Of a stretch of DNA of 64,000 nucleotides, positions 41,841 through 55,270 are shown in pieces. The translations under genes and the position numbers were made by a program. Each line of letters opens with the position of its first letter. Within the stretch, counting starts at the first letter, position 1. The DNA lies in the NCBI GenBank assembly GCA_964016885.1, contig OZ024740.1:260524001-260588000 (forward strand). The letters run 5' to 3'. The DNA comes from Eledone cirrhosa (Eukaryota). The notes below the pieces were generated by a model. It was not told the origin of the DNA and made no database searches. It saw nothing but the letters and a program-made list of their open reading frames with translations.

Positions 41841-41965
41841 ATGGTGGCTGAGTCGTAAGAGAATTGGATTTGCAATCGTGAGGTTGTGATTTCGATTCCT
41901 GGACCGGGTGATGCGTTATGTCCTTGGGCAAGTCACTTTATTTCACGTTGCTCCTTCTACCTGGA
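41841..41965 (+). mobile_element. tRNA-headed CORE-like SINE fragment
   Basis: tggtggctgagtcg A-box, ttcgattcc B-box, gtccttgggcaagtcacttt. Confidence 0.75.
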
Positions 41966-42079
41966 GTTGCGACCGATAGAAAGTATTACCAATTGGAAAG
42001 ACCCATGGAAACATCGTTTCCTCGGTCCGATTTGACGAAAGTCGATCGACTGATATATATATATATATATATATATATA

Positions 42080-42481
42080 GGTATTAATATTGGTGCTCTG
42101 AAATAGCGATGTATATATGAATATATGTATAGTATATTTGGCAATACACTGTATGTTTACTTGAAAACATTTAGAAAACCATTCGCTATGAGTTTTTAAG
42201 TAGTGACTATGTCACTTACTTATTCTCGGTAAATAACAACTGCGAGTGATCGACAGAGAGTCTGTTTCTCGCTTGTGGGCGTTTATCAAGACAACACTCT
42301 GCCTTTGCCGATAATTATAGGAGCTGGATTCTTATAGAACTCCAGTAATAATCAGGAGCTGATAATACAGAGCGATTGCCTGTCCAGTAAAAATTAGGTA
42401 TTAGTATTGGTGATCTAAAATAGCGATGTATACATGTATGTATGTATAGTATATTTGGCAATGTACTGTATGTTTAATTAA
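42080..42481 (-). mobile_element. 317-nt retrozyme-like unit with about 85-nt terminal direct repeat
   Basis: ggtatta.tattggtg at 42080 and 42397; homologous to 58448-58752 and 30217-30524. Confidence 0.78.
42249..42292 (-). ncRNA. Hammerhead ribozyme, U3:A8 core variant
   Basis: guc UUGAUAA a-cgc-ccacaa-gcg-a GAAA cag-acucu-cug UC gau. Confidence 0.75.
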
Positions 42482-42499
42482 TGTAGTACATAAATTATA

Positions 42500-43500
42500 T
42501 AATATTCGTTCATTGTTTATTCAAAGTAATCCAACTTATTTTACTAACTGGATTAAAAGATATAAAACGGACGCTGTCACGCACTCCTCCCTTTATTATA
42601 GTATAGATTTCTATAATTCTTCGATGGATCATATCAAAAGGCAGTTCTTAGCCAGTATGTTCTGCCTTTGTGCTCATCGAGTTTGCATCGTAATTCTCTC
42701 GTTGCCTCTTGGTGATTTTCATATTGAACCTCTGTTTGCTGCAATAGTCTTTCTTCTTGCCTTAATCTTTCTGTTTCCTGTCTCAGGTTCTGTACACTTT
42801 TAGAAAGTTGCGATCGTCTTTCTTGTCTTCACTTTTCTGTTTCCCGTCTTATATTCTGCTGAATGTCACAATGTTGGCTTGTCCCTTTATTCCCAAGTCT
42901 TTTTTCTATATTGTTCGTGAGTTTCTCTTTCGCTTGAAGATTTCAACCGTTTGGTGGACATTGTAATTCCCCCGGTAGATGAGCGGTGTTTTGGTGACAT
43001 GATGAAATTAATTTTCTTGGAAAATATTGTGAAAAAAAACAAAACAATACAAAGCTATATAAAAAAAAAAAAAAATGCAAATAGCATCCTTAGAGAATAG
43101 ATTGACATTCTTCATCTGAATTAGGTCAATAATAACATGACACTATCCTCAAAAAGCTAGATTAATATACACCGTAATTAATTTAAAATAATATCAATTT
43201 CTTCTGTGTTCTGTAAATTCAAAGACTGGTGTAAAACGACTTTATAAAAGCTAACGCAATATTGTTAAACATTCAACTGATACTTTGATCTATAGTTTAA
43301 ACCAATTCTGTGGGACGTCTCACCCCACCCCTTTCTCTCTCTCTGAATATCTAACACTTTAATTGAATCTCTCTCTCTCTCTTTAGATGTGTGTGTGGGG
43401 GCGGGGTATGTGTGTGCGTGTGTGTAGGTTTGGTGTGATTAAACCAACCGACCAACCAACCAATAAACATCTCTCTTTTATATTATATATAGATATATAG
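42500..43500 (-). mobile_element. Helitron-type 5' termini and N-terminal ORF remnant
   Basis: atctatactataataaag end at 42608 (shared with 59938); MSPKHRSSTGG...AF*YDPSKNY; tataatataaaagagagatg+(ggtt)n end near 43490 (shared with 63697). Confidence 0.55.
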
Positions 43501-43534
43501 ATAATATATATGTCATTTATGTTAGGCTGTTTAC

Positions 43535-43691
43535 CAATGGGTAGAACTGGTGGTTCGGGTTGGCAAACGATGATACAAAAAATTTACTAAAGCACTCAAC
43601 GTTATGTAAATCATCCATCGTAGATGTGGTATCCAGTGGTTGGTGCAGGAACGGAGTAAAGTATTCTTTAAAACAACAGCAGAAGGCCGGA
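43535..43691 (-). CDS. Candidate host exon (157 nt), product unknown
   Basis: ttttccag acceptor, gtaaac donor, open frame PAFCCCFKEYFTPFLHQPLD...NHQFYPL; phase matches the exon at 43980-44042. Confidence 0.45.
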
Positions 43692-43979
43692 CTGGAAAAT
43701 TTATTTTAGAATTTTAATTCCGTGAAAGCACTATGCAAATTTTGATGGCCCAGCTCTATCATCCGATTATGATGTAAGACTAGACGATTTCATCAGGTGT
43801 TGTTTGTAGAATTATATGATAGGATTATGTTGAACCCAAAGAGAGAATAGAAAATACAAAGAAATTGAAAATAGAAAGTAGAGGGCCGATTCGTTTCGAG
43901 GACCGCCTGCCAACTTATTGTTATATCGATAGCAGACCATCTCTGATTATATATAGAGAGATTTGAGCACAGTACAAAC

Positions 43980-44042
43980 CGATCTGTACTGTAAAATCTA
44001 TTCATAAGGCACCTATTGTCATCTGTCGTAATGTCCATTTTC
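43980..44042 (-). CDS. Candidate host exon (63 nt), product unknown
   Basis: Polypyrimidine tract plus ctaag acceptor, gtttgt donor, KMDITTDDNRCLMNRFYSTD(R). Confidence 0.4.
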
Positions 44043-44199
44043 CTTAGAAAAAAAGAAAAAAGATTTTAAAAGGTGTTTAAACATTGCATAACATAATTTT
44101 TAAAATTCATTTAGAATATCTTAATACAGAAAGTAATAAAGAAAATAGTAAAAAAATGTGTTCTACGAAAATTATAAAACATTTACAGAACTTTATATA

Positions 44200-44420
44200 C
44201 AATGATTTTAGCGTTGATAGATTTATAGGTTTGGCTACTTCCAGGGATCATTTCTGAGAGGTTTTGTTCATAGCATTCACTATGATGTTTTAGGGGGAGA
44301 AGTATTGCTCTTTCACACAGCCACTCCTCATTGGAATGGTGGATTTGTAAATTGGGGAACACTTACAACGCTTTCCACAACAGTACTAAATGACGAAGGT
44401 TCAAAACATCCTTCAGTATC
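44200..44420 (-). pseudogene. Helitron helicase fragment
   Basis: VFPNLQ..EEWLCERAIL..TYKSIN, homologous to 16970-17120. Confidence 0.7.
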
Positions 44421-44639
44421 AAGGGATTACATTTAAACGGTTGAGGTGTGCTTATCTGTAACTCCATGTGCCCCCTCTCTTCCCGCCTCTGTTATTCGAA
44501 CTGAAGAAATCTCCGAGCCTGGGAAAATAGGAGCCCCCCCCCCCCCCCTCTAATTCCGTTTTCGGAAAAAAAGGCGATATATAATAGAGAAAATAGAAAA
44601 ATATATTCTACGAAAGAACTTAGGTAAAAAAATGTCTTC

Positions 44640-47072
44640 ACGATCCCCATATATTTAGTAACTATAACCCTTGTAGAATAGAAATCCTTAAAAAACAACT
44701 ACTTAAATTCTTTAAGAACTATGAACTCACCATAACTATTGAGGCTAACCATAAAATTGTTAATTTCTTTGATACAACTTTAGAGCTATTACGGAACTTT
44801 AACCGTCCGTACCACAAACCAGGTGAGATCCTATCTTATATAAGCAGATTCTCAAAACATCCCCTATCTATCGTTAATTCTATTGTCAAAGGTGTCTCAC
44901 ATAGAATTTCTAAACTTTCTGCTATCGAGGAAATCTTCAACGATGTAGTGTGGTATTATAATGAAGCACTCTCTAGATCAGGGTATGTTAATAAAATCAC
45001 ATACCTCCCTGACACTAAGTCCACTCCTACCTTGATAAACAGGAACGTAATATCACAAGCTAGTAATCCTAACATTAATAAGAACATAAATAAAAATACA
45101 AATAAAAATAAAAGCACTAGTATTAATCATTTTATCAGTAATATCGTGAATAATACCCATAATCCTAGCGAGCTTAAGAAAGTACCTTATGCTAAAATTG
45201 TAAACCTTACTGAATACCCTATGTATAATAGAAATAAAGATGACAGCTTATTTTCCACACCTAGAAATAAATTTAGAATCAATTTTAATAATAATCCTAA
45301 ACCTTTAAAAACATAGCTTATAAGTAAATTTGGTAATAAAGGCAATTTCATTAATAGTACGAACCATATTATAAATATTCCCCATAATAAGTTAGATTGT
45401 ATTCCTAAGTATATGAAACAGAAAAAATTTCCTGGTACAATCCTCCGTACTCTCGCAACTTAGCCGTTAATATTCCTAAAATGTGCTTTACCATCATACA
45501 AAGAAACTTCCCACCTGACCATAAATACTATAAATTAATAAATAAAAACAATGTCAAAATTTATTTTTCTACAACTCCTAACTTAACTGACTATATTGCT
45601 TTTAGTAACCACAAAAAATGATATAAGCTTCTAATAATGATAGTATTACATTACCTCAGAACCCTTTATACACAAATTCTAACAATATTGATAATACTTA
45701 TAATACTTCTATACCAACCAAGCTAACCAGTAATAGACTAAGCAAACATAACTTTCTAAATAACAACTCCCCTGTTTTTAATATAAAATGTAATTGTAGG
45801 ATTCCAGATAATTGCCCACTGGGAGGATTATGCTTCCTTAATAACTTAGTATGCACAGTAACTACCGAAAATAGTATCAACTCAAATATTGCCACCACAG
45901 CTAATCAATTTAAGACTAGCTATAATTCCCATATATATTCTTTTAAAAATAAAGAAAAACTCTAAAATACTACCTCTAGCTAATTATACAACTGAATTAG
46001 TTGAGGCTAAAACTAACTACACAACCCATTGGGAAATTCTCACTAGATCTACCCCCTACAATAGTAATACAAACTGTAATTTATTTTTAACGGAAGCGTA
46101 TTACATCACACTGTCGACACTTGCCCAATTAATAATAGGAACGAAATAGTTATTAATTGCCCTCATCGCCTCTCATACTCGTTCTTCAATATAGTTTACA
46201 ATCCCACTTAAATTACTGCTAATCAAGTCTACATACCGCTCTCCTTTCCTAATAGCCCTTTACTCGAGCCTATAATCTCTTAACTAAGTGCTTCTATACT
46301 TATGAATCATTTATTCCTTTGTACTGATAGTATAAATTTATGATTGGGATAAGTAGCTGTGTATTTTTTATTTAAATTAATGTTAGTAACTATCCAAGTT
46401 GTTGGATATTAAATCATTTCTGTTGCGCAATTCTCTCTTATAAAATTTACATACAGTATTTTAAAATATTGTTCTACTGATAGAATCATTCATTTATTTG
46501 CCATGTACACAATATGATATTAACATCTTAACATATCTACAACTCCTTCTTCAATCTAGTTAATATGACAATATATAATTAGACATATTGATATAGTTAT
46601 TTTTTATAAGATAAAGTAACTTCAATTAATATTGAAAAGTTTGAAATTTTAGTATCATCTCATTTAGTTACTGAATTTTTTCCTAGAAATTATTTTACCT
46701 TATATTAATTGTCTGCCTTTAGCCTTTAATGTGTTTTCTTAGACCAGACCAAAATGGCGCCAGATATCACTCTTCGATGTTTATATGCAGTAAAGTCTTT
46801 ATTTTCTCGTTTAACAAGTATATTTTTTGTGAAATTGTTGATGTATACTGCTTGATGTGAGTTAATTTTGAGTGACTTTCTTATTGAATTATGTTTCTTT
46901 ATTCTGAAGACGGTGCAATAACGTATATGTTGGCAAACTTTGATTAACGGTCAAATTTCTGCCGTTTGAATTTGAATTGCTAATTTAACACATTTATACA
47001 CCAGAAACATTTGTAAATGAATAAACATTTTTAATGAGTGTTAGTTGATTCTCATTGAATTAATTTTGAATA
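44640..47072 (+). mobile_element. Degraded Hydra-like PLE
   Basis: IVNFFDTTL, RPYHKP, SKHP, YYNEALSRSGY, WYNPPYS, CNCRIPDNCPL, CPHR; 3' hammerhead. Confidence 0.82.
46898..47021 (+). ncRNA. Type I hammerhead with long stem II
   Basis: uuuauu CUGAAGA cggug...cacca GAAA cauuug UA aaugaa. Confidence 0.7.
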
Positions 47073-47159
<87 letters not shown>

Positions 47160-47339
47160 CTATATCTATATATATATATATATATACGGGATAACAAAAT
47201 ATCGTTATAGGTAGGTCCACTTAGATGTAGTCCAGTTAGAGTACTCCGAGTAGTGGATAGTATTAACGCTTGGTAAAGTTTGACTCAACAAGACGTTTCC
47301 ATAGTGATGCTGCGAGTACGCGGTGATTTCTATGTAGTT

Positions 47340-48740
47340 TATACTTGGAGTAATAATAAACCCACTTATAGCAGTTTACTAAACCGCAATGTGAAAACTG
47401 CACGGAATAACACCTCAAACTGCAATTGTCACCTACCAAATAGGTGACATTGGCGAATAGGTGCCTTGATTTGAGCCTAGTGTCCATGTGTACGGTGAAC
47501 TCGGACAACTCCACCTAGCATTACATTGGATCCACCGCGGGTACTTTTAAAAAAAGATTGTATGTGCACAGACATTCGATGAAGAACCGTGCACTGATAG
47601 GTTCTACAGCCCTCGCCAAAACAATCTGGAAACTTAAGGACAAAACCTCAACTACAATATCAACTGGTCGAGGTTGTCGGCCGCAAGGGCATATAGTACC
47701 GGTATAGCCTACTGTAGACTTTGCGACCTTGAATTACTGTATATCCTTAGGAACGATAAAAGGCTACTCATCAACAAAATAGATAGGTCAATTTTCTGCA
47801 GACATAGGATCGCTACTAAATTCACAAGATTTAAGCCACCGTGATTCGAACCAACATAACTTATCATTCAACATATGAAATCCGCATTCTCACACAGACC
47901 ACTACCGAACTATAATATTCTTTAAACAGCTTCTAGCCTCCTTAATTCTATACCACAGTAATGTCTGCAAATATCTTATCAGACCATAAATCTATCTCTT
48001 CTCTGCTGCTGTCCAAACCACCTCGGACCAAGCAATTATATCTCACATTAGCACTCATGATCTTCAACAGATGAACTTAATTATAAGTACATTATTTGAC
48101 TACTACTACAGTCCTTGAAATATCACTTTCCTCCTGTTGTTATAATGAACACCCCGTATCCGTAATAGTATTCATCATGTTCTCTTTATATACCTTGCTT
48201 TCTTTACCACTCTATTACCTTATTGCCTCTATTGTTGTTGTTATTGCTATCTTATTCATGCACGATTTATTATTGATAATGTGAAAGCTAAACCCCCATG
48301 ATTCGAACTAACAATCCCTACATCTAATATAGGCCACTTAAATAACGAATCTACAACACCACTTCACACCACATAAAAATTACCTCACAACAATGAAAAG
48401 TATCAGTTCGTTTTACATGCTAAGGTCATCATTATACTCTATTTCTTACTTAGATTGATGTCGTGATTATTTTAACTATTTACTATCTAGCTAATGTATT
48501 TGAGTATTGTTATTATTGTTCTGATTTAATACCACTACTATATATAGTAGCCATGCCTGTGTATATCCTTCATTCTCGCATGCTCTGGTGAATAGACTGG
48601 TTATAACAAAGTATTGGTGATCGATTGACGCAAAATCAGGCGGGTAGCTATCTCTAGACCTACCAGTTCAGAGAAACAATTGTCAGCAATGTGAATAAAG
48701 CCCTTATTGTATAGCAAACCATGTCACTCTTCTTTCTTGA
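47340..48740 (+). mobile_element. PLE 3' fragment (endonuclease C-terminus plus 3' region with damaged hammerhead at 48581-48688)
   Basis: CNC, YCRLCDLELLYIL..IFCRH; ugcu CUGGUGA ... GAAA caauug UC agca. Confidence 0.72.
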
Positions 48741-49100
48741 TTTATATATATATATATGGAATGTAAACGAGTTGATATATATATAAAAAAAATAGTTAAA
48801 AAGGAAAAAAGAAACAGTAGAAAATCCTGAAGGGATTTTCTCTCAGAATAATATCAAAATATTTATTTACAAAACATAGATTTCCGCATTTAATTGTACC
48901 GGTTTCAGCTTATATGCTTTTTCAACGGCGGAGGTGTATAATGCAATTAAATTGCATATTAATAAGAATAATAAGAATATGGAGAAAAAATTGTTACATA
49001 CATATATAGGGAGAAAAGTTCACATGTGAACTTTTCTCCCTATATATTTGTGTGTACAAATGTGTGTGTGTGTATATATGTATGTATATATGTATGTATA

Positions 49101-49196
<96 letters not shown>

Positions 49197-49198
<2 letters not shown>

Positions 49199-50227
49199 AA
49201 ATTGAAAAATTGAAGAATAACATGGTCGACAGTACCAACAAGGAAATTTATTTACAGTCTAACAATTGTTTCTATGATAGAGTTGTTTAAAAATTGCTAA
49301 ACACAGAAGGTAGTGTCACTCAATTTAAAATACATATTATCTCCATCATTTCGTCAGAGACCAAGAGAAAATAAGATAAATATGCGTAACGGTAAAATTA
49401 CAAATTCAAATTACAACTCTCGCCAACAAAATCTGGCAACTCAAGAATGCAAGCATTGAATACGAAATCAGTTGGACAATATTGTCAAAAGCAATGGCCT
49501 ATCAAATTGGTATGTCCCACGGCAGGCTCTGTAATATGGAACTTTTCCAAATTCTTAATTTCAGCAAAGTCCTTCTTAACAGTAGAATTGAACGAACTAT
49601 TTTTTGTCGGCACAAATCAGCAACGAAATTTGAGAACTTTAGACCTTCTTAATTCCATCTTTTCTATTCCTTATCCCTTTTATACCACTAGAATCTACTT
49701 CGATATCACATTATCAGCAGCATCGTCACCAAAGAACAACATCAAAACCTACTATATTTACATTCTCATCTTATACACCTCCATCTTTCACCATTTGTCT
49801 TTGCATTTCTCTACTTAAACCTATTTCATCTCGATCGTTTTATCTTATATAATACATCTTAAACTAGTTAATTTACTTATTAAAATAACCAATACACACA
49901 TAAATATATCCAATAGTATCATATTTTCAACTTATCATCTACCCATATCTAACAATCATCAATACCATTCACAATAACATTAATAACTTTAATATTATTC
50001 TTATTAGTCTCTTCAACACATTTATTTATTTATTGATTCTCATCTCTAGTTTTCAAATACTATACCATTTTATATAACAATATGTGTAACTTACTTATTT
50101 ACTCATCTACCTATTTATTTATTTATTTACTTTTTATTTATTTATTTATTATTTTAACCTTATTTAAAAATTTTTTTTTTTTTAATTTGTAATTTTTAAT
50201 TTTTTTACTTTTTTTAGTTTTGATTTC

Positions 50228-50262
<35 letters not shown>

Positions 50263-50997
50263 TTTTTTCTATGCTTATATCTCTATTTTCACTTGCACTC
50301 ATTCTTGCATTAACGTATATCCATCCTTCTGCTCCTCTTCCACCTTCTCTCCATCCTATTTCTGCCTATATTTATCAACAATAACTCATCCGTTCGCACA
50401 CCTTTTCTCTTCTTTCTTTCATTTGATGAACATGCTTGCGCATTTTTAGCAGTAATACCCTCCCGGTCTGCTTCCTTCTATATCTCTCTTTCTCTCTTTT
50501 CTTTTCTCTTTTTTCTTCATCTTTCTCTGCCTCTTTCTCTGTTTCTTTCTTCATCTTTCTTTTCTCTACCTTCACTATTTCTATTCACCCTCTTTTCTTT
50601 CTATCTGTAGCTCTATTAATACTACTATTTTGATGTGATAGTTTGAACTCGTAAATTTGCCGGTTACATATTTATTTGTATTTTCTTTCTCTCTATCGTC
50701 TTTCCTCCTCCCCTCCTTTCCATCTGTCTTCCTTCATCTGTTTCTCTATATCTTTATTATTAATATTAATATTGATGTGGTAATTTGAATTTGTAATTTT
50801 ACCGTTACGCATATTTATTTTATTTTCTCTTGGGCTCTGACTAAATGATGGAGATAATATGTCTTTTAAATTGAGTGACACTACCTTCTGTGTTTAGCAA
50901 TTTTTAGACAACTCTATCATAGAAACAATTGTTAGACTGTAAATAAATTTCCTTGTTGGTACTGTCGACCATGTTATTCTTCACTTTTTCAATTTTA
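49197..50997 (+). mobile_element. 5'-truncated PLE with a 220-bp inverted terminal copy
   Basis: 49197-49415 is the reverse complement of 50780-50997; TTLANKIWQLK..YEISWTILSKA..RLCNME..CRH. Confidence 0.82.
49257..49361 (-). ncRNA. Type I hammerhead with long stem II (damaged twin at 50833-50937, plus)
   Basis: gucu CUGACGA a-augauggag...cucuaucau-a GAAA caauug UU agac. Confidence 0.82.
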
Positions 50998-51171
50998 TTA
51001 CTCCAAGATATACTTACACAGGAATACAAGTGAGATCATAAACTCGTCATCCACGTAAACCTCTTGTTGAGTCTTACAACGCCGTACGCTTAAAAACTGT
51101 TCATGATAAGAAGTTTTCACAACCTCTATTCGGATTACCTTTAACAATATCTTGTATCTTATATATGTATG

Positions 51172-51206
<35 letters not shown>

Positions 51207-51251
51207 GTATATATATATATATGTATATATATATGTATATATATACGTATG

Positions 51252-51354
<103 letters not shown>

Positions 51355-52579
51355 GTATATATACATATATACATATATATATATACATATATATATAAAT
51401 GACTTAGCTTCTACCTTCAATGAGTTAGGCCTTAGGATAACAGTAGCCACCAACCTCTCTAGCCTAGATTTCTTAGACATTAATTTAGACCTTCGCAGGC
51501 ACACCCACAGACCCTTCCATAAGCTAAACGAGAAACTTAATTACATTCACAAGGACTCATGCCCCCCCCCCCCACTGTTTTTAGAAACTTCGTTAAGAAT
51601 ATCAGTACTAGAATCTCAAACCTCTCCTCTAATAAGGCTATCTTTGACAGGGCGGCACCCTACTATAACACGGCGTTGGCTAAAAGCGGCTTCTCACAAC
51701 CTATCACCTACTCACCCACTAGCAACAACGCCATTAAGAAAAGTAAGCGCATCAATAGACAAACTATCTGGTTCTCTCCTCCATTCTCACTCAACGTTAA
51801 AACCAATGTAGGAAAAAAATTTCTAGCCTTCTTAGATAGACACTTCCCCATAGGTCATAAATACCGCTGCATCTTTAACCGACACAAAGTTAAACTAGGC
51901 TACTCCTGCGCTAAGAACATGAAGGCCCACATCACCAGCAGCCCTAGGAGCAACACCCCACCAGGGTGCTCTTGCCGTAAGCCTGAAGCTTGCCCCCTTC
52001 AACAACAATGCAACACACCAGCTGTAATCTATGAAGCTGTGGTCACTTCCAACCGACCAAACGAACCACAGGAGGTCAAATCCTATGTGGGCATTGCGGA
52101 GGGCCGATTCAAGGAGCGTTTCCTGAACCACCAGTCTACCTTCAGATACCCGGACAGATGTTCATCCACGAAACTCGCGAGCCACGTATGGTCTCTCAAG
52201 GACTCAAGTATAGGGTACTCCATTCAACGGAAAGCCATCACTAAGTCCAAGCCATACACAAGGGGAAATCCGACGTGTGGCTTATGTATTGACGAGCGAA
52301 TAACTATCCTAAAGAGATTACGCAATAGTGATTGCCTAAACACGAGAAGTGAATTTTTCACACATTGTCCACACGTCATCAAACATCTATTTCATAACTA
52401 CAAGGCTCCGGACTGATTCTTTGTAATTTTATTTTCAACCAAAAAACTTTCCGGACTTTCGCAGTTATCTCCCTTACACCCCCCCGCATGCAGTCTAGTA
52501 TTGCCTGTGTGAAGTGACCGAGTTTCTGCGCATGCGCGTTCGTACGGTTTTCCTTCCTGTTCCTATAACCATACACATC

Positions 52580-52619
52580 CCGAGCTGAAGATCCGCGAAG
52601 GTGAAACAATTGTTCTCGG
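52580..52619 (+). ncRNA. Minimal type I hammerhead, upstream pseudo-LTR
   Basis: ccgag CUGAAGA u-cc-gcgaa-gg-u GAAA caauug UU cucgg. Confidence 0.85.
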
Positions 52620-52872
52620 TTTGGTGAACTAACTGTTGTGTAACCACTTCTAGCTAACTCGTCCCTTGGACTGAGTGCTCTACCACTACGTATATTACCT
52701 TCCAGTGTTCCACCACTATCTACGTCTCCAACAGCGGTCAGCAGATTCTCCTCACTACGTAGAAGTTTGGCTTTTAGCAGATTCTTCACCACGTGCGAGT
52801 TTGGCTTACTACCCTGAGAGCGCTCTATATATCCTCGTGTCCTACACAATTTTGCGTCTCATCAACGTCAGT

Positions 52873-54974
52873 ATGGATTTATACGAACTGAATTACTCCC
52901 TGAAGAACATTCCAACTCCCTTCAACCATGTTTACCAAAAGCTCCTTCTACAAAAAGCGGAAGATGTCGTCAGACGCCTAAGATGGCGAGCCCTAGCTTT
53001 CGACGGCAAAATTACAGGCACAAACAACACCTTCAACCTGAAATCGAGAGCCTACCTTCCTAAGGTAACCGAACTTGCTCCTTTCGAGACGGACCTTCTT
53101 GACTTAGTCACTAACATTTCCTTTCGCAAACACACTAACACCTTTCAAACGAAACTCAGAAACGATATTAAGAAATTTAGGTCTTCTAATAACACTTTCG
53201 TTCTTTCCGACAAAACTAATAATATTTACGAAGTCGACAACACCACTTTCCGCCACCTGACCCATAACGCTATTACTTCTAAATATAAGAAAGCTAACCC
53301 TATAGCCTACCAGGACATTAATACAGAAGCCAAAGAACTCGCCACCGACCTTAAGGTAGATAAGAAGCTACAATCTCTAGCTAAGCGGGAGGCGTTCCTC
53401 ACCCTGAAAGATCATAAGGTAGACTTTACTTCTAACCCCACATGTAGACTAATAAACCCGGCACGCACAGATAGGGGACTAGTCAGTAAGGCCATACTTA
53501 GAAACATAGTTAAGACCATTAGGATCAAGTCCAGCCTGTCCCAGTGGGCGAACAGCGACTCCGTAATTAAGTGGTTTAACTCCTTCAAATACAAAAAAGC
53601 GAAGTTCACACAGTTTGACATTGTCGATTTTTACCCGTCGATCTCAGAGACCCTGTTAAACAAAGCGTTGGACTTCGCTACCACTTATACCACCATCGAT
53701 GGTTTAGACAGGGAAATCATCGCTCACTGCCGGAAAACCCTCCTCTTCAACGACGGAGTAGCCTGGGCAAAGAAGTCTACATCTTCAACCTGTTCGACGT
53801 CTCCATGGGATCGTTTGACAGTGCTGACGTATGTGACTTGGTTGGCTTTTTTATCTTAGACATATTACGTGTTAGATTCCCGGACTTCCATACGGGAATA
53901 TACCGTGACGATGTACTAACTTTATCGAACCATAAAAGTGGTCACGACCTCGACCGGTTTAAAAAAGCTTCTACCTTCAATGAGTTAGGCCTTAGGATAA
54001 CAGTAGCCACCAACCTCTCTAGCCTAGATTTCTTAGACATTAATTTGGACCTTCGCACGCACACCCACAGACCCTTCCATAAGCTAAACGAGAAACTTAA
54101 TTACATTCACATGGATTCATGCCACCCTTCCACTGTTTTTAGAAACTTCGTTAAGAATATCAGTACTAGAATCTCAAACCTCTCCTCTAATAAGGCTATC
54201 TTTGACAGGGCGGCACCCTACTATAACACGGCGTTGGCTAACAGCGGCTTCTCACAACCTATCACCTACTCACCCACTAGCAACAACGCCATTAAGAAAA
54301 GTAAGCGCATCAATAGACAAACTATCTGGTTCTCTCCTCCATTCTCACTCAACGTTAAAACCAATGTAGGAAAAAAATTTCTAGCCCTCTTAGATAGATA
54401 CTTCCCCATAGGTCATAAATACCGCTCCATCTTTAACCGACACAAAGTTAAACTAGGATACTCCTGCGCTAAGAACATGAAGGCCCACATCACCAGCAGC
54501 CCTAGGAGCAACACCCCACCAGGGTGCTCTTGCCGTAAGCCTGAATCTTGCCCCCTTCAACAACAATGCAACACACCAGCTGTAATCTATGAAGCCGTGG
54601 TCACTTCCAACCGACCAAACGAACAACAGGAGGTCAAATCCTATGTGGGCATGGCGGAGGGCCGATTCAAGGAGCATTTCCTGTACCACCAGTCTACCTT
54701 CAGATACCCGGACAGACGTTCATCCACGAAACTCGCGAGCCACGTATGGTCCCTCAAGGACTCAAGTATAGGGTACTCCATTCAACGGAAAGCCATCACT
54801 AAGTCCAAGCCATACGCAAGGGGAAATCTGACGTGTGGCTTATGTATTGACGAACGAATAACTATCCTAAAGAGATTACACAATAGTGATTGCCTAAACA
54901 CGAGAAGTGAATTTTTCACACATTGTCCACACGTCATCAAACATCTATTTCATAACTACAAGGCTCCGGACTGA
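52873..54974 (+). pseudogene. PLE RT plus GIY-YIG ORF (about 700 aa), one frameshift near 53780
   Basis: YSLKNIP, SDKT, TLKDHK, CRLINP, FDIVDFYPSI, MGSFD, IYRDD, WFSPPFS, CSCRKPESCPL, VIY..YVG, CGLC, CPH. Confidence 0.92.
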
Positions 54975-55156
54975 TTCTTTGTAATTTTATTTTTAATTTT
55001 TTTATTTTATTTTCAACCAAAAAACTTTCCGGACTTTCGCAGTTATCTCCCTTACACCCCCCGCACGCAGTCAAGTATTGCCTGTGTAAAGTGACCGAGT
55101 TTCTGCGCATGCGCGTTCGTACGGTTGTCCTTCCTGTTCCTATAGCCATACACATC

Positions 55157-55196
55157 CCGAGCTGAAGATCCGCGAAGGTGAAACAATTGTTCTCGG
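55157..55196 (+). ncRNA. Minimal type I hammerhead, downstream pseudo-LTR
   Basis: Identical to 52580-52619. Confidence 0.85.
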
Positions 55197-55223
55197 TATG
55201 GTGAACTAACTGTTGTGTATCAC

Positions 55224-55270
<47 letters not shown>

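Larger units (their letters stand above)
51398..55228 (+). mobile_element. Hydra-like PLE in partial tandem (1.25-kb pseudo-LTR plus full unit), in (TA)n
   Basis: 51407-52650 repeats at 53968-55228; hammerhead in each repeat. Confidence 0.93.

Noticed and set aside
41841-41905. tRNA gene
   Set aside because: A/B boxes run into a SINE body; no complete cloverleaf
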